Origin: Eledone cirrhosa
Taxonomy: Eukaryota
Reading direction: 5' to 3'
Assembly: GCA_964016885.1 (NCBI GenBank)
Contig: OZ024740.1
Coordinates: 123,628,001-123,692,000, forward strand
Length of the DNA stretch: 64,000 nucleotides
Shown one piece after another: positions 1-15,241 of the stretch (position 1 is its first letter; the number at the start of each line of letters is the position of its first letter). A program made the position numbers and the translations under genes. The notes beneath the pieces were generated by a model that searched no databases, had not been told where the DNA came from, and worked only from the letters and a program-made list of their open reading frames with translations.

Positions 1-111
1 AAGAGGAATTCCAACTTTGTCTGATTTACTCGTTTTATTTACAATCCTTTAACATTTATAATGGTATTATAATGAAATAGTATGATAGAATATTAAATGT
101 GAAGTGTTAAT

Positions 112-150
112 TGAACAAGTACTTTCATGCTTTCGCATTCTTCAGGTTCA
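112..150 (-). ncRNA. Minimal type I hammerhead ribozyme
   Basis: Minus strand TGAAC-CTGAAGA-ATGC gaaa GCAT-GAAA-GTAC-TT-GTTCA: stems I and II are perfect and stem III is palindromic. Confidence 0.9.
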
Positions 151-520
151 TAATGTGTGGTGACAGTCAAGTTTGCAATTTTCAACTGTAATGAGATGGG
201 TAAATTCTGTACCTTATATACAGTGAAAAGTGGCTCCAGAATGCTAAATCTTGCAAACTGTATTTCGACCAATCAGTGTGTAGTTTCACTGAATTACTAA
301 AGCTGATTGGCTTAGGCGTCACGGTTGGTTGAGCATGTCTAACGACCACTAATTGATCCTATCCAAAGAATCAATTGTTTTTCTATTTTTAGAAATGATG
401 AAAATAGCATTTACTAATAATCATCACCATCAATATCACATTTATTATTATTATTATTTTTGTTGTTGTTGTTAGTGGTCGTAGTCATAGTGATAGTAGA
501 AGTAATACCCCTAAGCATTA

Positions 521-2705
521 TTATTGTTCATTTATCTTGGGTTTGAATTTATCAATAAAATTATTTTCTTTGATTTTTCTCTTGATTTCACTTGGGCTGT
601 GTAATTTGTAGAATGGGAATATTATAAATATTCCCTGACCACATGTTGCTAGATGGTTACTTAGAGGTATCTGACGGACATTTGGGTCTCTGATTTGCTG
701 ACGGTGTACCCGTGCACCTTCCGATAGTGCATTTCCAGTTTGACCGACATATAATTCTTCACAATTCGGGCATTTAATGCACTAAATTAGATTTCTGCTT
801 TTGCAGTTGATATTTGCATTTGGGAATATTTTTCAAGTTTTTGTTTTCATATATTGACCGGCGTGTATGGATTGACATGTGCCGCATCGACTATCATTGC
901 ATTTAGATACAGTGAATGATTGGTCTTTGTTGTTAAAGTCAAACTTTGCCTTTGTTAGTAATTGCTTCAAATTTTTCGGCTGTCTTTTACTAAGAGTCAA
1001 AGATCGATCTGTGATTAAGCCTTTTAATTCATTACTTTGAGCAATGATCGGTAGGTTTGCTTTGGCAGTGTTGAAGATATTCTGGTGACATGGGTTGTGT
1101 GTCATTATAAATGGTATGACCAGTTCTTGCTTTCTTCTTCCTTGGGTTGTCCTAAGTTGTTGTATAGGTATTTTTATAGCCCGCTGTATGCCATTTTCTA
1201 TAAGTAGAGAGGTGTATTTTTGTTTGAGCAAAAATTCTCTTAGTTCTGTTAGGCGTTTGTACCTGGTATTCGTATCTTCTACAATGGTACAAATTCTTCT
1301 GGCTAGGCAGTATGGGATGTTGCGTTTTGTATGAGGTGGATGGCACGACTTAAAATTCAGATATTGATGGGTGTCTGTGTGTTTATAATATATATCCGTG
1401 GTAATGGTGGTGTCGTTTTTTATTATCATTATATCTAGGAATGGTAATTTGGTCCTACTCATCTCTTTTGTGAATTGGAGAGATGGGTGTATGTTATTCA
1501 GGAGGATATTGAACTCATCCAGAGTATCTAGAAATTCTGTCCAGATGATGAAACAGTCGTCAAGGTATCTCTTCCAAGATTTTTCAATGTACTTTCTAAA
1601 GTCAGTACTATATTTTTCCTCAATTTCTTGGTAGAATTGTTGTTCTAAGTATCCCATTACATAGTTCGCGTAAACGGGAGCAAACTTCGTTCCTATCGCT
1701 GTGCCTCTAATTTGGATGTAATTCCTTCCATTGAAGAAGAAAGTGTTGTTTTCCAGAATAAGTTTAACTGCGTCTAATATAAATGGCGCTGTGAATCTGA
1801 TGGGAATCACTTCTCTATGTTTTTCCACCCAGTATTTAACCGCCTTTATTCCTAAACCATGTGTAATGTTGGTGTAAATGCTTACCACTTCAAAACTAAG
1901 TAGAAGTGAATTCGTTTCCGTGGTTTTTGGGAGATGGGACAGGAAGTCGATATCATCCCGGATGAAACTGGGTATGTGAATACATAGTGGTTTCAAAATA
2001 ATGTCAACAAAATTGCTTAGACGGTAGGTGGGGCATGTTGGACCAGCTATAATAGGTCTAAGTTTTAAGTCTTTTGGGTGTAGTAATTTAATGTACTCAC
2101 TGTTTTGTTCTCTTACTGCCAGTTGTATTTCTTTTGACTTATGAACATTCGGTAGGCCACACAGGTTGCTGGGTTTTGGCTCAAATTGGTGATGTAGTCT
2201 CTTTCCTTATCAGTAAGTGAGTTGTGGTATTTTGAAGCCAGGTTGTTGATCTTCTTCAGATGTTGTGGTCTATATTTGACGGTATTTCATGATAGAATGT
2301 TGTGTCTTTCAGTTGTTCCTCAACCAAATCCTTGTAGTATTCAGCATCCATTATAACAACTGCACCCCCTTTATTTGCTTGTTTAATTATTATTGTTTTA
2401 TCATTTTGTATACGTTTAAGTGCAGACATTTCCGATTTGTTAATGCTTGGCCTAACATTAGTATTACGTCTAAGAGGAAATTTAGACAGGATGTCAATGT
2501 ATTGGTCGAGATAGATATTTCTTCCTATTGGCGGAGTGAAATTTGTTTTATTCTTTACTAGTGATTCCTCACTCTCATTATTTTTATCAGCGAAGAATTC
2601 TACAAGACGTAATTTTCGACAGAATTCTTGGGTATCCTCCTTCAGTTCTTGGTGGTTGACTGTTGGAGTCGGTGTGAATTTCAGTCCTTTTGACAGAATT
2701 TGCAT
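521..2705 (-). pseudogene. PLE reverse transcriptase/GIY-YIG ORF with stops and frameshifts
   Basis: Past the TGA at 835 the frame reads KIFPNANINCKSRNLI*CIKCPNCEELYVGQTG...HRQQIRDP...FPFYK...FIDKFKP, a GIY-YIG domain with nonsense codons. Confidence 0.88.
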
Positions 2706-3849
2706 TTCATCATTGTCAAGATCTCTTTTGGATAAATTAATTATTTTAGGATCTACGTGTACAGGTATTTTGGGTATGTTTCCTCCTGGAGTTTTTCTTT
2801 TTCCGGTTTTTGTTGTCCTGACGTTAAAAATGGATTTTTCTCTGTTCAGGATTTATATTCCTGTTGGTGTTCGCTTGATGAACTTTTGGTTGTGATATTA
2901 TATTTGGTTTCGTTATGTATTTTGTCCTATTTTTGGTATTATGTATATTATTTTTCCATTTCTTGTTAGCATTATTTTTAATAATCTGGGGAAATGACCT
3001 AGGTTTGCTTTCAGGTTTAGATCGTTCTTTTCGCCCAGTTTCTTGTGGGTAATCTCTGTTGAGATCTTGAGAGTGATCTGGTGATTCTACGTTTTGTTTC
3101 CACATTCCTTGTGGGTAGTCTCTGTTGAGATCTTGAGAATGATCTCCTGGTTTTACTACTTCTCAGTGTCTGGTCAAAGGAATATCTATCGTGTTTTTGC
3201 TTTTTGTTCATGTTGTGTGCGATAGGGTGTTTTTGTAGAAAAAGCGAAGAGTTATTACCGTAGTTCTTCTTTGATTCTTTGATTGTTGTTCTAAGTATCC
3301 CATTACATAGTTCGCGTAAACGGGAACTATGTTTGTGTTGGCACGTGTTCTTGCGTATGTTGTGTTGGTGAGATTGTCTACTTTTAATGCTTTTTCTCAG
3401 GGTTCCAGAGTCTTTACCGTAATTTGCAACATATTCGTCGAGAAATAATTGTTTCTGCTGCCATACCTTTCTTGATTTGTGTTCTTCTTTTGAGATATCT
3501 CTGATCCATAGTTCTCGTAGTTATTCAGCTATAATACCAGTCGTTAGCTTTGAAATTTCAACTTCAATTTGGTCATCGATAGCTTCGTATTTGGCTTTGT
3601 AGCGGGATTGTTTACATTGAGAAATGGAGATGTCGGTCCTGAATTTTGTCAATGTAATTTTTCATCGCAGTTTTGTTTCTTCTTCTGGTTCTCCTGCAAT
3701 TTCTGTAATTAGGTATTTACGAGGGAGAATGGGTGCCGTTAGAGAGAGCCATTTCGAATGTATTTCGACATATTTTTCGCATTTGTATGCTTTCCAGAAG
3801 TTTTGTTTTCTTATGTTAAGAAATGTTTTCCATGTCTTATATACATGTA

Positions 3850-3923
<74 letters not shown>

Positions 3924-3952
3924 TATATATAGTATATGTATATATATATATA

Positions 3953-4157
3953 GTAACAAAGGAATTGTGGTAAGGAACCAGATGGACCATAACGCACCAG
4001 AGTACTCAATACTTAGGGTAGAGTGGGAAATAGGAGAAAGTATGACCCCGACAGCAGAGCTCAAGCCGTTTTGACGGCTATATCTGGACTATTGTAGTCC
4101 AGAAATAGCCGTCGAAACGGCTTGAGCTCTGCCGTCGGGGTCATACTTTTTCTTATA
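3953..4157. repeat. Fold-back hairpin made of a Naiad pLTR 3' half
   Basis: Near-perfect palindrome of about 50-bp arms centred near 4092. The sequence matches 4320-4372 and 7527-7730. Confidence 0.8.
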
Positions 4158-4309
4158 TATATATAGCATATATTTATATATATAGTATATATATAGTATA
4201 TGTATATATATTTATATAGTATATATATAGTATATATACGTATATATGTAGTATATGTATATATATATATAGTATATATAGTATATGTATAGATATATAT
4301 ATATATAGT

Positions 4310-5503
4310 ATATAGGAAAAAGTATAACCCCAACGGCAGAGCTCAAGCCGTTTTGACGGCTATTTCTGGACTAAATTAGAATTTTTAACCTGGTGAATAT
4401 ATAGCCGAACTTGTCAAGTGGGTACTTTCTCATATAGGAAGATTGTAGTTGTCAAGAGGATTGGTTAAAATGTGTTGTAAACACAAATAAGTCTATCATG
4501 GCATTTGGTGGGAGGTAGAGGTGGCTGGACTTGCCTGTAGAACAATAGGGGCCAGTCAAGCGTTGAAAGTGATATGTATACAGCAGATTCTAAGGATAGT
4601 GTATGAAATGGAGGAGGGAGGTTATAGAATATGTAATTAGAATGAGAGTAGGAGACAATAAAATATAATAGAAATAAATAAAAATATATATAAAATTAGA
4701 TAGTGAGAAATGAATAATACTATCTTATAAGTTAATAAGTTGAGAATAGAAAAAAATTGTAGAAATGGAGTAATAACAAAATTGATACAAAATTAAAGGG
4801 GTCTAACACATCTGCTATAAGTAGTTAGTAAAACGTATTCGGCAAATTCTATCTTAAAGTTACAGGGTGGGAAACTGATTCTACAGAGGCCCAATGGGCT
4901 GCATCGGGGCCGGGGAAAGGGGAAAAGCAGACGAGGAAGAAAATAGGGGGTGGAAGGAAATGATAGGATGAGACAGGGAAGAAGAAGACATAGAGGAAAA
5001 GAAAAGAGATACATCTACCTATGTAAGCTGGGGTTTCCCCTAACTTATTCGGTAAGTGCGGCGTGGTATCCCCCCTTGTATAACCCTCCGGGTCGTTATG
5101 TGGGCTGAGGGTGAGGTAAGTCCTACGCAATCTTTGTTTGCATGCGGTTACCAGTTCGTCTTACTTGTTTAGGAGTTGGTCCTTCGAAAACACCATTTGT
5201 AATGTTTCCTCCGAGCATACGTTACACGGACGGCGTCCTCCCGTGTAAGTGTTAGCTCTGGACAGCAAGCTCCAAGTGACATTGTAGGTTATATTATTAT
5301 CTTGGTGGTCTGAGATGTGACCCGAAACTGTAGGAGCATGTCACCGGACCTGGTTTCGGAAAGTATGTCTGTGTTGGTAGAGCCAGGTCTTAAAGTCACA
5401 TGCGGTTAATCCTATACAAGTTTTGTTGGAGGTGTCCGTCCTCACATAGCACTGATAGATCACGTTACGTTCTCGGCATTTGTTGTTAAGGAGGCACGCA
5501 TTA
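4310..5503 (-). mobile_element. 5'-truncated Naiad-like PLE (GIY-YIG remnant, 3' UTR, pLTR)
   Basis: NACLLNNKCRERNVIYQCYVRTDTSNKTCIGLT... is nearly the same as the EN of 31257-32693. A degenerate U3-A8 HHR lies at 4327-4423. Confidence 0.85.
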
Positions 5504-5504
5504 T

Positions 5505-7146
<1,642 letters not shown>

Positions 7147-7147
7147 T

Positions 7148-7239
7148 CCAGCTGTAGAAATCAAGCCAGAATCAGTTCCCGTCTCACCCTTGCAAGCAAG
7201 GAAAAAGCGGGCGTAAAATGAAATGATGATGATGATGAT
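7148..7239 (+). mobile_element. RTE LINE 3'-end fragment with (GAT)n tail
   Basis: CCAGCTGTAGAAATCAAGCCAGA is the reverse complement of the RTE 3' UTR at about 8017-8039, and the fragment ends in GATGATGATGAT. Confidence 0.7.
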
Positions 7240-7471
7240 AAATATATATATATATATTTATAGTAGAATAATCGAGTATCGAAAATTCGGCGCACGAGTT
7301 CACGATAAACAAAATTCGATATGAGGGCATATATATATATGTATATAATATACATATCTATATATATAGTAAATATAGTATATATATATATAAATATATT
7401 ATATATATAGAATATATATATATATATATGGTATATATATATATAGTATATATATATATAGTATATGTATA

Positions 7472-7516
<45 letters not shown>

Positions 7517-7519
<3 letters not shown>

Positions 7520-7730
7520 GGAACATCTAGGACCCCGACGGCTGAGCTCAAGCCGTTTCGACGGCTAATTCTGGACTAGTATAGTAGTTGTAGTCCAGAA
7601 TTAGCCGCCGAAACGCTTGATCTCAGCCGTCGGCGTTCTACTTCTTCCTATTACCCACTCTACTACCCTAAGTATTGAGTACTTTGGTGCGTTATGGTCC
7701 ATCTGGTTCCTTACAAGATTTCCTTCGTTA
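7517..7730. repeat. Second pLTR-derived hairpin, same family as 3953-4157, opposite orientation
   Basis: Palindrome at about 7535-7633 plus the shared tail GGAACCAGATGGACCATAACGCACC on the minus strand. Confidence 0.8.
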
Positions 7731-7795
7731 TATACATATAGTATATATATAAATATATAGTATATATATATATATAATATATATATATATGTATA

Positions 7796-7880
<85 letters not shown>

Positions 7881-7902
7881 AACAGTATATATATAAATAG
7901 TA

Positions 7903-10700
7903 TCATCATCATCACCGTTTTACGTCCGTTCTTCCACGCTAGCATGGGTTAGACAGGTTGTCCTGTTGTGGGCAGTGTCTGGTCGGCTGACCATGCCTTG
8001 CTCATACAGGAACTGATCTGGCTTGATTTCTACAGCTGGATGCCCTTCCTAACACCAACCTCATTTACAGTGAGTGCTGGGTGCTTTTTCGTGGCGCCTA
8101 CACGTCCACTTTACAGTGTGGGCTGGGTGCTTTTTTGCCGTGGCACCTCCACGACCACCTTGCGGTGGGGGGGGGGGGGGGCATATTGTTTATATGCTTC
8201 AGCATGTACCCATGGGAGGTCGGGTACCCTGTATTACTGCGTGACGCCAGAAGTCACGGTCGTGTGTCATTGACTTTGAGAGGTGTAGTTGGGTAAGGTC
8301 GGCTTTTATCACCTCATCCCAAGTCATCTTGGGTCTCCCCACTCCGCGGTTTCCATCAACTTCTAGTGCTCTGCACCTTTTTATGCAGCTGTCATCCTTC
8401 ATACGCATCACATGTCCATACCAGCGTAACCGCCTCTCCTGCACGCAGCATTTGATTCCTCTTATGCTCAGTCTCTCTCTCAATTCATTTATGCTTTGTC
8501 GTTCACGTATATTACTGTTACACATCCATCGGAGCATGCAGGCTTCGTTTCTCTCTAATCTACGTAAGTCTTCCACCTTCAGCGCCCAGGTCTCACTACC
8601 ATGCAACATCGCTGTTCGGATACACGCATCATACAGTCTGCCTTTCATTCTGAGGGAGAAGCCTTTTGCAGCTAGCAGTGGTAGTAGTTCCCTAAATTTC
8701 TTCCATCCCGTTCTTACCCTAGTTATTGTACTTTCTGAGCACCCACCTCCGTTGCTAATTCGGTCACCTAGGTAGCAGAAGCTGTCTACTGTTTCTACAG
8801 GGCCCTCCCAGAGATTGGTGGTACTTGTTTCCTGTGGCTGTTTGCTTGCTGTTTCAGCACAGCTGCTGCATGTGAATCCTACATTCTTAATTAAGCTTCC
8901 TGAGATCCCGCTACATCTCTTGTGTACCCATTTTTTGCATTTGGGGCAAAGAATGGAGTTCCTACCTACACCTTTCCTACATACTGAGCAAGGCCATTTC
9001 CCTGAGGGGATCTGGGTTCTGTTTTCTCGTCTACTTATAAGGACCTTAGTCTTTGTCATGTTGACTTTGAGGCCCTTTCTCTCTAGTCCCTGCTTCCAGG
9101 TTTGGAATTTATTCTCTAGTTCTACCATAGATTCAGCTATGAGTGCGAGGTCATCAGCATACAGGAGTTCCCATGGGCATCCGGTCTTAAACTCCTCCGT
9201 TATTGCCTGCAGGACTATGATGAACAGGAGAGGGCTAAGAACAGAGCCCTGGTGGACCCCAACCTGTACGCTAAATTCCTCGCTATACTCATTGCCAATC
9301 CTAACTTTGCTGACTGCTCCCCTATACATGGCTTGTACCGCTTTCACAAGCCATTCATCTACTCCTAGTTTTCTAAGAGCCCACCAGATTACTGCACGTG
9401 GAACTCTGTCAAAGGCTTTCTCAAGGTCGACAAATGCCAAGTAGAGTGGCTTACTTTTAGCTAGGTACTTTTCCTGTAATTGCCTCACAAGGAAGAGCGC
9501 ATCAGTGGTGCCTTTCCCTGGAACAAACCCAAATTGCATCTCGTCTATATTCACCCGGTCCCTAATCAGCTGTGCTATAACTCTTTCTGTTACTTTCATG
9601 ACCTGGTCCATCAACTTTATACCTCTATAGATTCCTCTATCTAGTGCATCGCCTTTACCTTTGTAGCAGTTGACAATGATGCTACTGCACCAATCTTTTG
9701 GTATGGCCCCCTCTAGTATTACCTGGTTAACGATACGTGTGGTTATAGTGTGACCTACAGACCCAGATGCCTTCAGCATCTCGGCAGCTATACCCGATGG
9801 ACCGGTTGCCTTCCCTATCTTCATATCTCTGATTGCCTTACTTACTACGCTGCCGCTGACTTGTACTGCTGGTCCCTCTATAGGGTCTACGTGGGGTAGG
9901 GTCTCTTCTTCCCATGCATTCTCCTCATTTAGTAATCTATCATAATGACTCTTCCATGCATCTTTCTTCTCAGCACTTGTGAGGGCAAGCTCACCTTTAT
10001 CATTCCGGATACACTTCTCTCCAATGACATCACAACTATCTCTGACACACTGCCTCGCAATCTTGAATACCTCCTGTTTCTGGTCCTCACGTTGTAAAAC
10101 ATGCTTGAATTTTCTATCCTCTGCTTCCCTCCTAGCTAAGTATACTTGTCGCCTAGCTTCCCTCTTGGTCTCTATGTAATGTACCCTGCTCCCCCCGTTC
10201 TTCCATTCTTTCCATGCCTGTCTCTTGGCCTTGACTGCTTCATCTACCTTATTGTTCCACCACCAAGTCACTCTCCTCCTGCTTGAGGTCTTACTCCAGC
10301 CACAAACCTCATCCGTCGCCTCTAGTAAGTTATTTTTTAGGAACTCCCAGTTCTCTTCTACGTTAAATGTCTCTATCTGTTCTTCTTTACTGTCGTAGGC
10401 GTTGAGTAAAATATCTTTAAATCTGTTACTGGTTGAGGGGACTTTCAGCTTCCAGATCTTTCTTCTCCAGGTTGGCCTCTGTTTCAGGGCTCGTCTAGTT
10501 CTGACCGTGAGGTCGCTGACAACTAAGCTATGTTGGGATGTACATTCCTCACTAGGGAAGGCTTTTGTGTTTACGACCGTCCATCTGTCACGTCCTCTGA
10601 TGAGGATAAAATCTAACTGACTAGAGTGCTCCCCTGATCTATAGGTGATCAGGTGGTTGTCGGGTTTTTTAAAGTTTGTGTTACATATCGACATGTCAGT
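7903..10700 (-). mobile_element. RTE-clade LINE, 5'-truncated, with (GAT)n tail
   Basis: 831-aa ORF, 3' UTR, and ATCATCATC at about 7903-7913. Confidence 0.93.
8199..10694 (-). CDS. RTE ORF: end of APE endonuclease + RT + PHD-type finger + C-terminal domain (N-truncated)
   Basis: SQLDFIL/SQHSLV, QFGFVPGKGTTDA, FVDLEKAFDRV, GVHQGSVLSP, LLYADD, RRLRWYGHVMR. Confidence 0.9.
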   Translation of the reverse strand: MSICNTNFKKPDNHLITYRSGEHSSQLDFILIRGRDRWTVVNTKAFPSEECTSQHSLVVSDLTVRTRRALKQRPTWRRKIWKLKVPSTSNRFKDILLNAYDSKEEQIETFNVEENWEFLKNNLLEATDEVCGWSKTSSRRRVTWWWNNKVDEAVKAKRQAWKEWKNGGSRVHYIETKREARRQVYLARREAEDRKFKHVLQREDQKQEVFKIARQCVRDSCDVIGEKCIRNDKGELALTSAEKKDAWKSHYDRLLNEENAWEEETLPHVDPIEGPAVQVSGSVVSKAIRDMKIGKATGPSGIAAEMLKASGSVGHTITTRIVNQVILEGAIPKDWCSSIIVNCYKGKGDALDRGIYRGIKLMDQVMKVTERVIAQLIRDRVNIDEMQFGFVPGKGTTDALFLVRQLQEKYLAKSKPLYLAFVDLEKAFDRVPRAVIWWALRKLGVDEWLVKAVQAMYRGAVSKVRIGNEYSEEFSVQVGVHQGSVLSPLLFIIVLQAITEEFKTGCPWELLYADDLALIAESMVELENKFQTWKQGLERKGLKVNMTKTKVLISRRENRTQIPSGKWPCSVCRKGVGRNSILCPKCKKWVHKRCSGISGSLIKNVGFTCSSCAETASKQPQETSTTNLWEGPVETVDSFCYLGDRISNGGGCSESTITRVRTGWKKFRELLPLLAAKGFSLRMKGRLYDACIRTAMLHGSETWALKVEDLRRLERNEACMLRWMCNSNIRERQSINELRERLSIRGIKCCVQERRLRWYGHVMRMKDDSCIKRCRALEVDGNRGVGRPKMTWDEVIKADLTQLHLSKSMTHDRDFWRHAVIQGTRPPMGTC

Positions 10701-10782
10701 ATATATATATATAAACAGTATATATATATATATATAATATATATATATATATATAGTATGTATATATATATATATATATATA

Positions 10783-10990
10783 TCATCCTCATCATCGTTT
10801 AACGTTTATCTTCCACGCTAGCATGGGTTAGACGGGAGTTGTTCCATTTGAGGCAAGGTTGGTCGGGTGACTGTGTCTCGCTCATATAGGGCTATCTGGC
10901 AGGTTTTCTACGGCTGGATGCCCTTCCTCTTCCTACCACCAACCACATTTACAGTGTGGGACTGGGAACTTTTTACCGTGTTACCTGCAG
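10783..10990 (-). mobile_element. RTE 3' UTR fragment
   Basis: Matches 7903-8075 and is the reverse complement of about 26790-26975. Confidence 0.85.
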
Positions 10991-11107
<117 letters not shown>

Positions 11108-11281
11108 AGAGAGAGGGAGAGAGAAGACAAAACACCATTTGGAGGGTTTTTTTTATATATACTTTTTTGCGTTTTTTTTATTATTATTATTATTATCTTT
11201 ATTATTATTATCATTATTATTATTATTTCATTTTCTACAAAACTGTCTCCACGAGGCAGCATCATTGAATGTTTGCCATGT

Positions 11282-11282
<1 letters not shown>

Positions 11283-11313
<31 letters not shown>

Positions 11314-11426
11314 TATACACACATGTATATATATATATATACACATATATATATATATACACACATATATATATATATACACACACACATATATATATAT
11401 ATACACACATATATATACATATATAT

Positions 11427-11469
<43 letters not shown>

Positions 11470-11482
11470 TATATATATACAC

Positions 11483-11515
<33 letters not shown>

Positions 11516-11536
11516 TATATATATATATATACACAC

Positions 11537-11567
<31 letters not shown>

Positions 11568-11626
11568 TATACACACATATATATATATACACACATATAT
11601 ATATATATACACATATATATATATAC

Positions 11627-11667
<41 letters not shown>

Positions 11668-11717
11668 AATACATATATATATACACATACATATATATAT
11701 ATGTGTGTATGTGTGTG

Positions 11718-11749
<32 letters not shown>

Positions 11750-11870
11750 TGTATGTATGTATATTCATGTGTGTTTCTTATTATGCCTCTGTGTATCTGT
11801 CTGCACCTAAATGTATATATGTATATGTATATATATATGTGTATGTGTATGTATGTGTGTGTGTGTGTAA
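11283..11870. repeat. (TA)n(CA)n compound microsatellite
   Basis: Read directly. Confidence 0.9.
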
Positions 11871-12222
11871 GGGAGAGGGGGAAGATTGTTTCTTTTATTG
11901 TTTTTTTTTGGAAATTTTATCATTATTATTACTATTAGAGGCCAATAAAGAAATCATTATTATTATTATTTTTTATTTTTTTTTATTTTTATTTTTATTT
12001 TTATTATTAGTCTTTCCTTGCATTCAGTTTGTGCAGGTCTTTGTATAAAAAAAAATTGAATCAGAGAAACAAAATGGTGGTTGTTGGATACACAATGGCC
12101 AAACCAGCTGTTTTCTGGGGAGATATACACATACACGTGTGTATAGGTGTATATATACATACATATATATATATATGTGCACACACGGAAATATATATGT
12201 ATATATACACATAGTATAAATA

Positions 12223-12261
<39 letters not shown>

Positions 12262-12520
12262 TATATATATATATATATATTTATTTAGTGTATATGTATA
12301 TAGTTTATATATATATAGTAGATATATATATATTTATATATATATGTAGTATATATATATATGTCGTATATTTATACTATATATATATATAGTATATATA
12401 TATATAGTTTATATATAGAATATATATTTATAGTATAGTTGTTATATAGTAAGGTCTATAATTGGTTGTGTAAAATGGTCCAATAACTTTATGTTAGCAA
12501 TATTAAGTTCTTCGCGCTTT

Positions 12521-12754
12521 TGATCAGAGCAAACAACACGGACACTCTATCTCAAAATTATTTTTGAAAAGCATTTAGAAATGCGCAACCGGTAAAAACT
12601 TAAAAACTTAAAACCACAACTGAATACTAACCCATACAATCACTAATACTCTTTTATTCCTAATTAATCTATTTTTCAACTGTGAACAATTTGTCAGCAT
12701 TTTCTATTCCGTTTACCAGTATATAATAACTTGTGTGTTACACCTCTATTCTTT

Positions 12755-12760
<6 letters not shown>
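12521..12760 (+). repeat. Solo pLTR fragment (family of 19816-21876) with HHR-like motif at 12561-12597
   Basis: Near-identical to 21638-21876. TTGAAAA-GCATTT ag AAATGC-GCAA-CCGG-TA. Confidence 0.8.
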
Positions 12761-12797
<37 letters not shown>

Positions 12798-12966
12798 AAT
12801 ATATATAGTATATATATATATATACTATATATACATATATATATAGTATATATAGTATATATATGTATATATAATATATATATTTAGTGTATATATATAT
12901 AGTATATATATATATATATATAGTATCTATATATATATAGTATATATGTATAGTATATATATGTAG

Positions 12967-13032
<66 letters not shown>

Positions 13033-13637
13033 TATATATATATAGTATATATATATATAGTGAATATATATATATAGTATATATATATAGTATACATATA
13101 TATATATGTATATAGTATATATATGTATATAGTATATATATATATAGTATATATATATACAGTATATATATATATAGTATATAAATATATAGTATATATA
13201 TATATATAGTATATATAAATATAGTATATATATATATAGTATATATATATACAGTATATATATAGTATATAAATATATAGTATATATATATATATATAGT
13301 ATATATGAATATAGTATATATATATATAGTATATATATATAGTATATATATATATATATTATATATAGTATATATATATATATATATATTTATAGTATAT
13401 ATATATATAGTATATATATAGTGTATATATATATAGTATATATATAGTATATAATTAATAGATATATAGTATATATATATATAACTTCTCATTCACTACC
13501 AGAAAGGGACACAGCAGTCAACTTGTTGTTGCTACCTAGATGAAAACTACTATGAAATCCCACAATGAATTTTATACTTGAATTTTCAAATCTCAAATTT
13601 TAACTCTTCGTATTATTAATTTTTCTTAATATTAATC

Positions 13638-13684
13638 AACATTTGAAAATATGGCTTTTGCAGACCCATCGAAACCGGTCATTT
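13638..13684 (+). ncRNA. Degenerate U3-A8 hammerhead motif
   Basis: AT-TTGAAAA-tATGG...CCATc-GAAA-CCGG-TC-AT; stem I is weak. Confidence 0.5.
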
Positions 13685-13857
13685 TTTATACACTTTATTA
13701 TTTCTTTACCTTATAAAATTATATGTTTTTTCACAAAAAAGTATTCTGTCTCTTATATATTCCATGTGCCATTACCAACCTCAATTTTCTCTATAACCTT
13801 CGTTTTGTTTAGAAAATTACACTTTTCATATATAATATATAGTGTATATATATATAG

Positions 13858-13890
<33 letters not shown>

Positions 13891-14002
13891 GTATATATAT
13901 ATATATATATATAGTATATATATATAGAGCATATATATATAGTATATATATATAGTGTATATATATATAGTATATATATAGTATATATATAATAGATATA
14001 TA

Positions 14003-14046
<44 letters not shown>

Positions 14047-14078
14047 TATATATATATAGTATATATATATAGTATATA

Positions 14079-14130
<52 letters not shown>

Positions 14131-14531
14131 AGTATATAGTATATATATATATATATATGTATAGTATATAGTATATATATATATATATATATAATATATA
14201 TATAGTATATATATATATATATATAGTATATATATATAGTACATATATATATATAGTATATAGTATATATATATATATATATGTATATAGTATATATATA
14301 TATATAGTATATATATATATAGCGTATAGTATATATATATAGGGTATATAGTATATATATATATACAGTATATATAGTATATATATATGTTATATATATA
14401 TATATAGTATATGTATATATATAGTAAATATATAGAATATATATATATTATATATACATAGTATATATATATTTATATATATAGTATATAAACATATAGT
14501 ATATATATATTTATATATATATCTATATATC

Positions 14532-14707
<176 letters not shown>

Positions 14708-14764
14708 AATATATATATATATATATGAGATATAAGAATCAAAGAACTGTTCAAAACATTATTG

Positions 14765-14811
14765 TGCTTACAGCTGTTTCCTCCAAACCGAGGTTTGGAT
14801 TCTTCGGAGCA
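14765..14811 (-). ncRNA. Type I hammerhead, U4C core (CCGAAGA)
   Basis: TGCT-CCGAAGA-aTCCAAACC tc GGTTTGGAg-GAAA-CAGCTG-TA-AGCA. A related copy is at 60209-60256. Confidence 0.75.
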
Positions 14812-15045
14812 ATTTATTAATGCATGGACAGTTATATGACCTCCTTTTCAGCCGAGAGACATACCAATACATATTCAAACATTGATACATATTCAAACAT
14901 TGTGGGTCAACATTCATTACAGAATTTAGAGTGGCAGTACACACTTCGAGATTACATTTATATTAATAGGTACAATCAAAAATCAAAGATATAGGTTAAA
15001 GTAGCGATTTATTAGTTAAATTTTAATCTGTTATTTTAATAAATT

Positions 15046-15241
<196 letters not shown>

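Larger units (their letters stand above)
112..3850 (-). mobile_element. Neptune-like Penelope-like retroelement, decayed (RT + Cys linker + GIY-YIG, 3' HHR)
   Basis: ORF fragments at 3662-3850, 2256-2705 (LSKGLKFTPTP, IIKQANKGGAVVIMD) and 833-1996 (RT: QIRGTAIGTKFAPVYAN, WKRYLDD; CxxxRCxxC linker). The EN continues in frame at 521-835. An HHR lies downstream. Confidence 0.9.

Noticed and set aside
833-835. In-frame TGA between RT and EN as possible selenocysteine (some Naiads are reported selenoproteins)
   Set aside because: It is not at a conserved Cys position, a TAG follows in frame, and the element is decayed elsewhere.
3041-3147. 66-bp tandem repeat encoding SRSQQRLPTRN twice
   Set aside because: A simple local duplication in the low-complexity N-terminal part of the PLE ORF, with no evidence of separate function.
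8329-10620. Plus-strand ORFs overlapping the RTE (and the antisense ORFs over the PLE and second RTE ORFs)
   Set aside because: They are antisense shadows of real ORFs with no recognisable motifs.
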